A DNA stretch of 64,000 nucleotides from Mobula hypostoma (taxonomy: Eukaryota): assembly GCF_963921235.1 (NCBI RefSeq), contig NC_086102.1, forward strand, positions 20,150,001-20,214,000, read 5' to 3'. The notes beneath the pieces are model-generated. The model did no database searches. It was not told the DNA's origin and was given only the letters and a program-made list of their open reading frames with translations. The position numbers and the translations under genes are program-made. Of the stretch, positions 13,026-25,669 are shown piece by piece (positions within the stretch are counted from its first letter, which is position 1; the number at the start of each line of letters is the position of its first letter).

Positions 13026-13669
13026 GTAAGGAAGTGATTCTCGCGGCCCCACCTGTTCACCTCCGCTCGAACGGTGAAGCTGAACTTAAATCGCTTCGTT
13101 TGGGGACGTCCCTTAAGTCTTTTCCACAGCCTTAACATCACAATTACTGTAAACTCCACAGTAAGGACAATTAAAACAGGCAAAAAGAAAAACACGGGGT
13201 GTTTCAGTATCTGAGATAAGATTGATTCACCATAACTCCAAATATCCATATGGCATAGGACTAGAATTAGGCCATTCAGTCCGTTGAGTCTGTTCCGCGA
13301 TTCTATCATGACTGATTTATTAACCCTCTCAACCCCATTCTCCCGCCTTCTCCCTGTAACCTTTGACGCCCTTACTAATTAAGAATCCGCCACCCTTCAC
13401 TTTAAGTATTACCCAATGTCTTGGCCTCCACAGACAAATATCATTTCACTTTCACACACCTATTAATTTACCTTAATTCTGAGACATTTATGATTACTTA
13501 TACTGAATATACAAACCTTTCCCACTTCATTTCCCCTTTATATATACCGCTTTCTACGGGATCCTTGTAGTTTGTTTTTGTTGCTATTTTATTGTACTTT
13601 TGATTAATGACGCTTCCAGCTCTTCTGGTTTGCTGGTTCCGCCGAGAATAACTAGCATTCTCTATCTTT

Positions 13670-14790
13670 CCAATGCGTTTGCCTTTTTAATATGGATACC
13701 GAGTATTTCCTCGACAACCTGATGAAAGATTATGAGGCCTTTACAAAGTTAGCGGATGGCGGCAGCCACTCTGATCTGATTGAACAGTGCCGTTCAAAAT
13801 GGAGCTCAGTATTGTACCCCTTGGGATTGGAGCAGACTTCACAGGTTGGATAAGGAATTAGTTGTGTGTGAGATGTGGTTATTAATAGCAACAGAGTTCG
13901 GTGAGGGCCAATTAGTATTGGAGTCCCACAGGGGATCAGTTTTATAACGAGCATTCTTCTTCACGACTTTCATTAATGATTCCGATAACCCCACTGGGAA
14001 ATGATCCACGAGTATATATTCATGGAGTTAGATATGCATGCATAAGAGTTAAGAACTGAGGTACAGAGCAAATTTTAAACATCTGGATCCAAGCACTGTG
14101 AGGGACTCTCTCTCTATGCCTGGCAGGTGTCTTTCAATATAAACAAGTGCTGCAGGATGCATTTGGCAAGGGTAATTGCAAACATGTTCGCAGCATACAA
14201 GATTATGCACTCAAGGTTGCTGAGCAACAGAAAAATTTGGGGTTATAGTTCATGGATTAATGATGGTCCGTTCCCAGTGTTCCAAAGGCAAATAGGATTA
14301 AAGATGTACTTCCAGGATAATTAATATAAAAACTATATAAGCCCTCTTTTTTATGAGGTCTGGGTCCAATTGTGTTGAGAATATTGTGCCCACTCATGCA
14401 CGGGACTAGGTTTAACAAAAGCTAATTGATATCTAGTTCAGATGTCTTAGGTTTTCCGCTCATGTATACGGAACTGGCATTTGCATTTTGCAAAAAAGAA
14501 AGTTTAGGGAATATCACTGAGATCTTAAAATAACTAAAGATCTTGTTCCTGACAACAGTTTCTGTGTAAGTTATGAAGATATAGGTACAGGTTAGATGTC
14601 GGGAAGTGATGCTTTCATGGAAAGGTTTTGATCTCTGCAATGTATTATCACCTAATGTACTGGATGTGGACTTTCTGTAAACGTTCAAAACAGAATCGAA
14701 CAAGCTTCCACTTGTAGGTGGATAAACGGCATTTAGAGAAATTGGTCTTAGAGCATTCTTTCTGGGAATAGATAGGAATTTTGCAGCCAG
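13670..14790 (+). mobile_element. Ancient, highly degraded CR1-like LINE remnant in ripply3 intron 2
   Basis: Residual GVPQGS (GGAGTCCCACAGGGGATC), SFNINKC and LENIV/EY-like segments in collinear order. Confidence 0.5.
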
Positions 14791-16988
14791 TTTCAATAAA
14801 TTAACCCAAGAATTTTGCTGAATAGTTTGTTTTTTTTTTGCCTAGCGGAATGTGTTGTTCCAAGATGGATTTTATTTTTGGAAATAGAAAATAAATTTTG
14901 TTTTATGAAGAACATTTCATGACCTCTAGAAGTTATGAAATATTCTACAGTGATTTAAGCCTGTTATTCCTTTAATGTAGAAAATGCAGCAGATAATATG
15001 CTCACAACAGGCCCACACTAATGGCATTTTAGTGAGAGGCAGATAAATATTAGCCATGCCCCTGGGGACAATGCCACTACTCTTCTAGAAAATAGCACTA
15101 TTGAATCTTTGATATCGACCTGAAATGGGAAATAGACCAACTTAATCTCTTATCCAATGACACAATATTCTCAGTAATACACTAGATTGTTAGAGCAAAG
15201 ATATCAGGAATGAGATTGAAACCACAAGTTCTAGTTTAGATCCTAGAGTACTAGAGTCCAACTGAGATACAGCTGACTTGCTCTCAGATGAGAGCAGCTA
15301 ATACAACCAACTCCCCCCCACCCAGCCTATTTTTCATATACTTATTTTCCAATGCGGTATTTTTGTTTTTCATTATGATATAGATGATACAGGTTGTTCT
15401 GTTCATATTCACCTGAGCACTTCTATTTAAGTTTCCATGTTTTAACAAGTATTTGTTGTGGTAGCATTATGCTGCAGTGTTGACTGGCTTTGTGGCTGTG
15501 AAATCACTTTCGTTAATTTTAGCTTTGAATGTTATTTGCTTACTTATTATTGTTTACATGATTTGTTCTTTTTTTGCACATTTTGGTGTTCTTGCTAAAT
15601 GGGTTCTATTGGGCTTCTTTGTTTTGTGGCTGCCTGTTTGATAATTTGATAATAAATGTACTTTGAACTTTGAATTAAACTAACAGCTACCCAGGAACTT
15701 GGGTGAAAATTTAGGTTTCAATTTTTTTACACAAGTAAGTTTGATGGAATACTGTGAAAAACCTAAGCAATAACCAATTATTTTTGTTGTAAAGGTGCTT
15801 CCGTGCATCACCAAGATAAGACTGAACAAGCTAATTACAACTGGGAAGTGAATTTTTCAGCCTGTAGTTTTAGTTCAGGTTTTTTTTTAGTTTTCGATTA
15901 CAATTTTGTAGGATAGTATATTTTTATTATGAAAATATCAGATATATCAACTTTAACTCTCTTTAAGGTGAAACTAAATTGAAGTTGCTAATAACGTGGA
16001 TCAACATTTTATAACAGTGGTTTATCTGTGGAGACACTGGAGGCTTTTCCTTTGTTTTTCATCAAATCGAAACAACCATTAAAGCAAAAATATTCAAACT
16101 GCACAATAGGAGCTGAATACATTCAGCTACAATCCTCACCCTCTTCCATTTTACCTTGAAAGAGATCAGTACTTTTCATTTGGGAAGAGACAATTCTATT
16201 GTTTAAACATAAGTGCCATTTTCAGGTTTAGAATTAACGCAAGTTGAGAGAAATATTTACAATGGAGCAAATTAAAGAAGTAACAGCAGGAATTATTGTT
16301 TCGAGTCAAGTCGTGTGTGTAGTTATACAGTATATTGCGTTAAGATGATCGGATTTGTTTTATTTCAAAGACTTGTTTAATGAAACTACTTCTATTGCTA
16401 AACTAACTTACTAAAACGTTTCCTGACACCCAACAAAGCTGGAGAAAAGACACTGAGCAATTTAAGGATTAACAAATGCAGGTGCCTTAGGCGCGGGTTG
16501 GGGTAGGTTTTGAGAACAATTTTGAAGATAAAGGCCCACTGATCAAATTGAGGGATTTCAAGGAAATGGTCCCAGCGGCTCTGCAGGTGAAGGGGTGATG
16601 AGTAGAACGCAGAGAAAACGATGAGACTGTGGAGGGGCTGTTGAAAACAACAGCGACTTTCTCCAATACAGGAACGAAAGGAAACTACGACTAAAGCACA
16701 GCCAAATTCCAATAATTACAGTCAAATGGCAATCTCTTGAATTAGAAGCATCCAGACAGCCCTGACTCGCTTAAACTGCAAGTTCTGAAACAGCTAAGCT
16801 TTTTTTTAACCACAATATTTGGTTCCAGGAAGACATGGGTTAGTCATAGCTAAAACAAAACCTGACGAAGGCAAGGTGTTATTTTTTTTCATTGGCTTCG
16901 CGTTTTAAATGACTGGCTGTGCTAATGTCCAAGAAAAAGCGCGACATGTTATTTCAGGATCCTTTTCAACTTTCTTTTTACTTCACAG

Positions 16989-17050
16989 CTGGACTCAGTT
17001 CCTGACGGTTCAGAGAGCAGGCAATCCTTGGGATTTAAACACCCCGTCAG
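16989..17050 (+). CDS. ripply3: Ripply3 coding exon 3 (LDSVPDGSESRQSLGFKHPV-R)
   Basis: Long pyrimidine tract plus CAG acceptor, donor AG|GTGCGT. FKHPVR is the start of the Ripply homology domain. Confidence 0.95.
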
Positions 17051-17288
17051 GTGCGTAACAACCTCGCCTGGCTCTGCGGCTAAATTTTGTCTACAACCTT
17101 TATTTTAACATTTCATGTTCAGTGGTTAGTAGCCGCCGAATTAAAAAAAGAACTTTACGTTTCTCGCTCCAGTAAAATGACATAAGTTAATTATAGGAAT
17201 ATTAACGTAATTGAGCACATTGTTATCAGTAGACAATAGTTCAACCGAAACTGTTTGGTTTATGGGTCTGGCGTGTTTGATTTCCCAG

Positions 17289-17493
17289 GCTATACCTGCC
17301 TAGATCTAAGGCTGACCATTACCTGCACCTCATGGGAGAAAAGGTCCTGGCGAGTTTCCCCGTCCAGGCAACAATGCACTTTTATAATGACGACTCGGAC
17401 ACGGAAGAGGAGGAGGAGCAGGAGGAATTCGTGTCCCTTGACTTGGAATCGGAAGATGCTCCGGAAACAGCAGAGATGTTTTGGAAACAGTGA
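17289..17493 (+). CDS. ripply3: Ripply3 last coding exon ([44 protein letters not shown]...MFWKQ*)
   Basis: Acceptor tttcccAG. [21 protein letters not shown] plus an acidic run is typical of Ripply3. TGA at 17491-17493. Total CDS 435 nt = 144 aa. Adjacency to pigp supports paralogue 3. Confidence 0.96.
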
Positions 17494-17728
17494 GCGGAGT
17501 CAGCGGCGGAGATGGATCGGCTTCAAAGCGGAAAGGATGTCTTCCGAAAGTGATATCATGACAACAGTCCTGAACCGACTCAACTCTCAGTTCTCTATCT
17601 ACAACTGCTGCAATTGAAATTATTATTTGCATTTATCATTGCAAGGAAATGACAATTTGCACTGTTGTGTATGTGTATATATATGAATATATTTTCTAGG
17701 TTTATTTTATTACTGTAAGAAGTTTAAA

Positions 17729-17734
17729 AATAAA
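17729..17734 (+). terminator. Polyadenylation signal AATAAA of ripply3
   Basis: First AATAAA, about 235 nt after the stop, in an AT-rich 3' UTR. Confidence 0.6.
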
Positions 17735-18139
17735 CTTTCACAAGGAGTCAAAATTTAACAGTCTCCAACTAAACACAACTAATTACTAAATGGGCACATT
17801 CTGTTATATAACACTATTTTAAAAAGTTTTAAATACGTGCTTTAAATACAAAGACGTATTTTGCTGTTAGTGAGTTGAGGCCCTGCTTTGTTGGCGACGG
17901 AAAGAGGCGACAGTTGCGTGTTGCACGCAGCATAAAACTCGCTGACTGGATAGGTCTCAGACAACGCATTTCGCCGTATGTCTGATGTGCACGTGAGAAG
18001 TAAAGCTAATCTTTGATTTTGTTAAATGATGTAACACCGAAAAGAGTTTCGAAGGCACGTGGATGGCGAGATGGTCTCAAACATTGTCCTTTCATTGCAT
18101 CTTTGAATATTGGCACTAAAACGAGCATTGATACAAAAT

Positions 18140-18380
18140 AATGTCGGTACGTCGTGGTTAGCAGCGTACTAACCACCCGGGTTCAATTCCCGCCGCTGCC
18201 TGTAAGTGCCCGCGTGGGTTTCCCCTCACAGTCCAAAGACCCACCGGTTGGTAGGTTAATTGGTCATATAAATCGTCCCGTAAATATGCCAGGATTACGG
18301 ATTGTTGGACGGCGCGGCCCAGGAAAAGCCCATTCCACTGCAGTATGATAATAATTAATTAATTAATTAATTAATTAACA
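18140..18380 (+). mobile_element. V-SINE/HE1-like tRNA SINE with (TTAA)n tail (relatives at 27300-27555 +, 60484-60790 +, 63290-63525 -, 8280-8440 -)
   Basis: GGGTTCAATTCC B box and GCGTGGGTTT...CCCTCACAGTCCAAAGAC...GGTTAATTGG central domain. Confidence 0.75.
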
Positions 18381-18699
18381 TTAATGTCAAATTAAAGTAA
18401 TTTTAATTAAACTGCAATTTGACATTAATTTCATAAGTATCTGCATCCTGAATTTGGAGTAAAGGCTCTCCTGATACCACAGTAAAGGTAGAGAACCTCT
18501 AAAGGTTTCCGAACTTGGTATTGTGCGGGAGAGGAAGAGGCTGAGTTTACTGTGATGTCGTGCTCCATCTGCAGTAAGCAGCCCGTCATTTTGAGCTGGC
18601 GGTGCAATTGGACTAAACGTGTCTTTAGATTATATGGTATTAGTTCTGAACTTCAGTCCTTAAGATATAAAGGGAAATGATAGTAAATATATTTTCACT

Positions 18700-19115
18700 C
18701 TGGTGGCACTTACGCCACTGGTGTTTAGGGCTGCAGTAAAGGTCCTCCATTACTGGCGGTGTTTAGGGCTTCCTTCATTGTGTCAATAGCTTCCTCTTGA
18801 TTTTCACTCCTGTCATTCCTGCGAGTCCCGGGTGGAGTCTCAGGAATACCATCGCACTCCGGTGTAGCAGGATTCTTCATTGCTGTTTCTGTAACAATTT
18901 TGTTTTACCACTCAGGGGTGTTAGCCCTGATCTGAACTGCAAAAGGTAGAGGACCGATGAACCACTCTTAGTCTGGCCTCTACCCTTTAACCTGTTTGGC
19001 GTGGGTGACCCTCCCAAGAGTCATAGCATAAAGCTCTGACTCCAGCCAACATAGCTCTCCGGGTCATTGAGGCACGCAGGCCTCCAACCATGACAAAACT
19101 GTGGTCCTCTTGGAT
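18700..19115 (-). mobile_element. Dispersed repeat, probably RTE-related non-autonomous element (inverse copy at 58722-59065 +)
   Basis: Near reverse complement of 58722-59065 (GGAGAGCTATGTTGGCTGGAGTCAG...GCTGCCCTAAAC). Confidence 0.65.
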
Positions 19116-19474
19116 GTTAAAAACATAAGAACACAAGAAAATAGGAGCAGGAGTAGGCCATTGGGTGCCTCATGCCTGCCCCGCTGATGTATGCTGGCCT
19201 CATCTTCTTTGATGTTTCTCCATACCTCTCTGTTCTGCAAATACTCATTCAACTCACTTTAAAATGCTTTCAATAGTCAAATGTCCACCAGCCATTGGAG
19301 AAGAGATTTCCACATATGTCAGATGTAAATAATCAGCCCTCACCTTCTAGTTATGAACGTCAAAACATCTACCTTGTAAGCGCCATTAAAATTTTACCTC
19401 CTTGAATAAGGTCACCCCTCATTCATCTAAACTCCAAGAAACACAGACACAAACTATCTAGTCTCTCTTGGTAG

Positions 19475-19990
19475 AATCAGAATCAGGTTTATTAACATTA
19501 ATGTGTGTGAAATTTGTTGTTCTGTGGCAGCAGTACCATGCAATACATAAAAAAAATTCTGTTACACTGAGAAATATTTTTAGAAAAACATAAATAGAGA
19601 GTGCAAAAGAGAGCAAAATAACAAAGTAGAGTTCATGGACTCATGGACCATTCAGAAATCTGATAACAGAGAAAGAGTCCTGACAAAAGGTCTCAGCCTG
19701 AAACGTCGACTGTACCTCTTCCGAGAGATGCTGCCTGGTCTGCTGCATTCACCAGCAACTTTGATGTGTGTTAACAGAGGAAAAGAAGCTGTTCCTAAAT
19801 CATAGAGTGTGTGCCTTCAGACTCCTGTACCAAACTCCTCTTTGATGGTAGTAAAGAGAAACAAATGGATGACGGGGGTCCTTAAAAATGGATGTTGTCT
19901 GTTTGAGACACTGCCTTTTGACTACGTCCTCAGTGGATGGGAGGCTAGTGGCCATGACAGAGTTGGCTGAGTTTACAACCCTCTCATCCT
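19475..19990 (-). mobile_element. Rex1/Babar-like 3' fragment containing a Penelope-derived insert (19672-19772)
   Basis: AGAATCAGAATCAGG tail. TAACAGAG is duplicated around the insert. Confidence 0.7.
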
Positions 19991-20643
19991 AGGAACTAGC
20001 CTGATGAATCTCCTTTGTTCTGTTTCCAATGATACCAGATTTTTCAGGTAAGGGGACCAAAACTGTATGCAGTATTGCAGGTGAGGCCTCCCCAACACAC
20101 AGTGCAATTGCAACTAAACCCTCCCTATTTTTAAATCCCAACCCATTTGCAATTAAGGCAAAAATGAAGCTTGCCACTATAGTTACTTGTTGCAAAAGCT
20201 GTTACAAATAATCATAATAGTTTTTCCTTTGATTATCAGTAATGCCCAACAGATTTGAATAATATAACATAAATAATTTAAAATAGTATATTTGTCTTTT
20301 TTTTCCTAATTTGTCAACATGTATGATAATGAGACATACTAGCAGAATTAGGCCATTTGGCATATTGAGTCTGCTCCGCCATTCCATCATGGCTGATTTA
20401 TTATCTCTCTCAACCCCATTCTCCTGCCTTCTCCCTGTCACCTTTGACGCCCTTATTAACCTATCAACCTCTGCTTTAAATACATCTAATGACTTGGCCT
20501 TCACAGCTGTCTATGGCAATGAATTCCATAGAGTCACCATCCACTTATATATTTGTGTTTGTGTATGTGTGTGTATACATCTAGCCAGGGGTCACACAGA
20601 AGAGGGATTTCTCCCCTATGTACCTCAGTGCAACTTCCCCAGC

Positions 20644-21478
20644 CTATACTATTAATGACTTCATCAGAAGTTCAGCATTACTGAACTTGTTTTCATACAG
20701 TTTTGAAAACACTTTGTTAAGAAAAATATCATCCATTCTGAGTTCAATTGGTTAGAAGGGGGATCCATCTTTCTGTAGTGTGATGCCATGTTACTAAGGC
20801 AAGTATAACAAGGATCACAGCCAAAGCAGGTCTCCTTTCAATTAATCAGCAATGCACTTTCTACATCCTCCGATATCCATCTGTCTCATAGTTTCCATTG
20901 AACTCCCTGTAGAGATCTTATAAAGCAAGGAACTGCAATCAGTTTTCTGAGTGTTTGAATTGTGGAAGTGCTGTAGCAACCAGCAAGTTTATAGATGTTG
21001 CTATACTTCACTTTGAAATTAGACAGATCTTTCACCATTTTGTCCAAAGTAGATTTAAGTAATTGTTCCTCAGGTGAAAACTCTAGATTTCGATAAGATA
21101 TGGGACCATTCCCTGAAAATGATATGCTTTGGTTGTTGTACGTTATTACAGACATCGAGCAATAACATTTGAAGCAAAAAAACTCCTACAAATATCTAAA
21201 TATTTGTGCTGAATGAAGGCTTCATAAACGTATTTTGTTTCTTTTCCTCTGTATGAGTTTGTACAGTGACAAATAACAACTTGTTCAGCCAAGGTGAGGT
21301 TTACTTTGGGCCAACTCCATTCACATACACACAAACCATTGATCCCATGCCCCAAAGCACCGCCTCCTCAATCCAGCCCTTAACACAACCTCCAGAGAAA
21401 CAAATGTCTACATGTTTTTGAGCAAAGGTCACTCCAACAGATTAAGAACCAAGTTAATTCCTTCAGAAATATTCTCAT
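20644..21478 (-). pseudogene. Putative pseudogene of an unidentified Cys-rich, probably secreted protein (~280 aa)
   Basis: Non-repeat sequence in which overlapping ORFs (21146-21355, 20886-21155) join across frameshifts and two in-frame TGA codons into a protein-like string with a signal-like N-terminus and about 16 Cys. Confidence 0.45.
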
Positions 21479-21734
21479 TTCAGTTTTAATTGTCAATAGC
21501 TAAGTCTAAATTGTGGTGGTGAGTGATTATTGGAATTGGATAAAATGGAGTGAAAAAGTAAATTAAAAAGGTTGAGAGGAACCTGGTGAATCTACTGCAT
21601 GTCATTAAATTTCATTTCAAAAACACAATATGTTGCTCTTAATGGACTGCAAAGATTTGCAATGATAGAATATTGCATGGTGTTGGATTGGATTTGTTGG
21701 GGTTAGAGCACAATCCAAACAAATCCAACAATCG

Positions 21735-22742
21735 GGTCCCCTCATCAGAGGAAGGATGCGTAAACGTCAGAGAGGGTGCGGAGGAGATTTACCAGGATCC
21801 CGCCTGGATTACAGAGCAGTTCTTATGAGGATAGGTTGAGTGAGCTAGGGCTTTTCTGTCTGGAGTGAAGGAGAATGACAGGTGACTTGACAGAGGTGTA
21901 CAAGATGATAGGAGTGGATAGCCAGAGTCTTTCCCAGAATGGAAATGGCTAATACAAAGGGGCATAATGTAAAGGTGATTGAAGGAAAGTATAGAGGGGG
22001 ATGTCAGACGTAGGGTTTTTACACAGAGAATGGAGGGTACATGCAACAATTTTCTGGGGGTTGTGGTGGAAGCAAATGCATTAGCGACATTAAGAGAGTC
22101 TTAAACAGGCACATGGATGAAAGAAAAATGGAGGGCTATGTGCGAATGAAGGATTAGATTGGTCTTGGAGTAGATTAACAGGTCAGTATAACATAGCGTG
22201 CCAAAGGGGCTTTACAGTGTTGTACTGTTCTGTGTCTGATATTCTATTGGAGAAGGTACAGAGGTTGTTCATGACCTTAGGGATGAAAGGGTTAAGTGCA
22301 AGGGATGTTGTATGGTTCTGTGCCTGTACTCACTAGAGTTTAGAAGAATAAGCGGGAATCTCTTTGAAACCTATTGAATATTGAGAGGCCTTGATGGAGT
22401 GGACGTGGAGAAGATGTTTCCTCTAGTGGAGGAGTCTAGGGCCAAAGGGCACAGCCTCAGAATACAAGGACATACCTTTAGAACAGAGGTGAAGAGGAAT
22501 TTCTTTAGCCAGAGAGTGGTGAATTTGTGAAATTCATTGCCACAGAAGGCTGAGGAGGCCAAGTCATTAGGTATATTTAAAGTGGAGGTTGATAGGTTCT
22601 TGATTAGTAAAGGCAAAAAAGGTAATGGTGAGAAGGCAGAAGCATGGGGTTGAAAGAGATAATAAATCACCCATAATAGAATGGCGGAGCAAACTCAATG
22701 GGCCGAATGGCTTAATTCTGCTCCAATGTCTTATTGTCTTCT
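21735..22742 (+). mobile_element. Two adjacent CR1 3' fragments
   Basis: Similar to 3290-3770 and to 9620-10110, respectively. Confidence 0.8.
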
Positions 22743-23077
22743 AACAAAGTAAAACTTTCAGCGAAATCAAATGCACGTGAATAAATAATAAAGGATATTT
22801 TCAACTCTTTCTTCTACATTACAGAAGAATTTTCCTTGGAAGAAACATTAACAATAGGGAGACAGATTGCGTTAAATTCCTGCTTGAGATATTTTGTGAG
22901 TGTTTCACTGCCATTGATGATTTGAATGTAACCGTTGACTGGCCAGATTATTAGGTTGTGATGGGGGTTGATTCATAGAAATTTTATGACAGCATTGAGT
23001 GGTCTCAATCAGATTGCAATGATGCAATTTTGACTTCCGTACATCTATTAACTAAAAGGATTTCTCAATAGCTTATC

Positions 23078-23209
23078 AAAGAAATAAGCAACATACATCA
23101 AAGTTGCTGGTGAACGCAGAAGGCCAAGCAGCATCTATAGGAAGAGGTGCAGTCGACGTTTCAGGCCGAGACCCTTCGTCAGGACTAACAGAATAAAGAA
23201 ATAAGCAAC
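23078..23209 (-). mobile_element. Penelope-derived short repeat flanked by 15-bp direct repeats
   Basis: AAAGAAATAAGCAAC at 23078-23092 and 23195-23209. The body is shared with about 10 copies in the window. Confidence 0.8.
23150..23187 (-). ncRNA. Minimal type-I hammerhead ribozyme motif
   Basis: Minus strand UAGUC-CUGACGA-AGG(gucucgg)CCU-GAAAC-GUC-GACUG: intact catalytic core, stem I, 3-bp stem II, palindromic ACGU stem III. Confidence 0.75.
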
Positions 23210-23919
23210 TTTAGTTTTATGATGTAGGAACTCTGACTAGCCAGCTGTTTCCTTAGGTATCTACAATTAGAATGGTTTTTACCTGACTATACACTACTTC
23301 GTTTAAGTTGTAATTACCTTCAAGATCCCATGTTAATAATCATTCTAGTCTCTTACCAGTTTTAGTGCAGAATTTTATCCTTGAAATACTCTCCCATTAG
23401 CATATGAAAGTATCAAAAGGATAATTTTTACCCTTTGTTGTGAATCTTCTTCCTCTCCTCAAGTTACTAGGGTGAGGAAGTAATGTTCATTTTGGTGCAG
23501 AGGGTGTTTCAACTTATGTCTCTCTGAAAATGATAAATGGCTCCAGGGGTCAAGAAATGCTACTGAGGTCTGCCTATTGACACATGCCAAAGGAACTTGG
23601 CTGCAGGTCTGTGTCTCAATAGCACTGAACAATTGCACCCTTCTGTTTGTATAAACAAAGAAGTATCTTAATATTACTTAAGTCCATGCATGCAGATGAC
23701 TTAATTTTAGGTTCTAGGAGTTGAATCATTGACAAGCAGTAGCTAAACCTTTCTGTAAAATTCCCAATTGCATAGCATAAGCTAATATATAGATACACAA
23801 ACATATAGACAGCATTTTAATCACTGATAATTGTAGATACACTTAGAGGCATGTAGAAGACAACTGTTCTTCCCAATCCAACAGCAACAAAGAATATTTC
23901 CTTGACACTTTATACAAAT

Positions 23920-25137
23920 ACCATCAGATACAAACAGCAAATGCAATCTCACTGGCTCTCCAATCAGCCCTGGATCACCTGGACAATAGTAATACTTACA
24001 TCACGCTGCCATTTACTGATTACAGGTCAATGTTCAACAAAATCATACCCTCAGTTCTAATCAACAAGCTCCAAAACCTGGGCTTCTGCGCCTCCCTCTG
24101 CAAATGGACCCTTGACTTCCTCACCAGGAGACCTCACTCTGTGCGGATTGGAAATAAAATGTCCTCAATGCTGACAATCAACAATGGCGCACCTCAAGGA
24201 TGCGTGCTTAGCATTTGTTCTATCTACACCCACAATTGTGTGGTTAGGCACAACTCAAACGCCGTCTAATAATTTGCCAATGACACAACATTTTGTTGAC
24301 AGAATTTCAGATGGTGATGAGGAGGCATACAGGAGCAAGACACTGTAGATCAGCTGGTTGAGTGGTGTCGTCACAACATTCTTGCACTCAACATCAGTAA
24401 GACAAAGGAATTGATTGTGGACTTCAAGAAGGGGAAGCTGAAGGAATCCATACCAGTCCTCATCGAGGGATCAGAAGTAGAAAGGGTGAGCAGTTTCAAG
24501 TTCCTGGTTCTGAGGATCTATCTTGGGCCCAACATAATGAATCAGTTACAAAAAAGGCACAACAGCAGCTATATTTCATCAGGAATTTGAGGAGAATTGG
24601 TATGTCACCAAAGACATTCACAAATTCCTACAGACATAGTGTTGAGAGCATTTTAACTGGTGGCATCACCAATCTGATATGGAGAGGTCACCGCACAGAA
24701 TCAAAAAAAAGCTGCAGAAAGCTGTAAACTCAGCCAGCTCATCATGAGCACCAGCCTCCCCAGCATCGAGGACAGCTTCAAAAGGTGATGCCTCAAAAAG
24801 ATGACATCCATCCTTAAGGACCCCCATCACCCAAGACATGACCTCTTCTCATTTCTACCATCAAGGAGGAGGTTCAGGTGCCTGAAGACACACTCAGCAT
24901 TTCAGGAACAGCTTCTTCCCCTCTGCTATCAGATTTCTGAATAGACAATGAATTGGTGAACACCACCTCAGTATTTTTATCTCTCTTTTTGCACTACTTG
25001 TTTAATTTAATTTTCATTTTTTTTATATATGCTGCTTATTGTAATTTATAGTTTTATCATTATGTATTGCAATACTGCTGCCACCAAACGACAGATTTCA
25101 CGACACATGCCAATGATATTAAACCTGATTATGATTC
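23920..25137 (+). mobile_element. Rex1/Babar LINE RT and 3' region
   Basis: FNKIIP..L..KL..LG....LCKWTLDFLT.R...GAPQGCVLS, then KTKELIVDF. Confidence 0.85.
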
Positions 25138-25170
25138 GACACACTTTAAAGGACGAAGTATTAAGGGGCG

Positions 25171-25493
25171 CTAAAACATGGTAACAAACACAAAATGCTG
25201 AAGGGGATCAGCAGGCCAGGCAGCATCCATGGAGAGGAATAAGCAAACGACATTTTGGACTGAGACCCTTCATCAGGACTGGAAAGGAAGGGGGTTCCTT
25301 TCCAGTCCTGATGAAGAAAGAGGGAACTCCCTTCCTTTCCAGTCCTGATGAAGGGTCTTAGCCAGAAACGTCAACTGTATATTCCTCACCATAGATGCTG
25401 TTTGAACTGGTTGAGTTCCTCAAGCATTTTGTGTGGGTTGCTCTGAATTTCCAGCATCTGCGGAATCTCTTCTGTTTATAACTAAAACATGGT
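25171..25493. mobile_element. Inverted-pair Penelope-derived repeat with 12-bp direct repeats
   Basis: CTAAAACATGGT at 25171-25182 and 25482-25493. Arms are reverse complements and contain CAGTCCTGATGAAG hammerhead-core copies. Confidence 0.8.
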
Positions 25494-25669
25494 TAAGTGT
25501 CAACTTTGTTCAGCGTTAGCCTTTGCTCCATGAATAACCTTCACTTCCACCAGAAAGTTGTGAGTTAATTCAAAGGAATTGAATACATAATTCAGTCTAG
25601 CACTTCACTGTGTTACCTCACACTGAGGAGAGACCTTAAACTACTGCTCATCCTCTTTTGTATACAGAT

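Noticed and set aside
17255-17632. ORFs of 120 aa (+) and 100 aa (-) in the track
   Set aside because: Alternative frame and antisense shadow of the ripply3 last exon.
20838-20888. In-frame TGAs as selenocysteine codons
   Set aside because: They are accompanied by frameshifts and I saw no SECIS. CGA>TGA decay is the simpler explanation.
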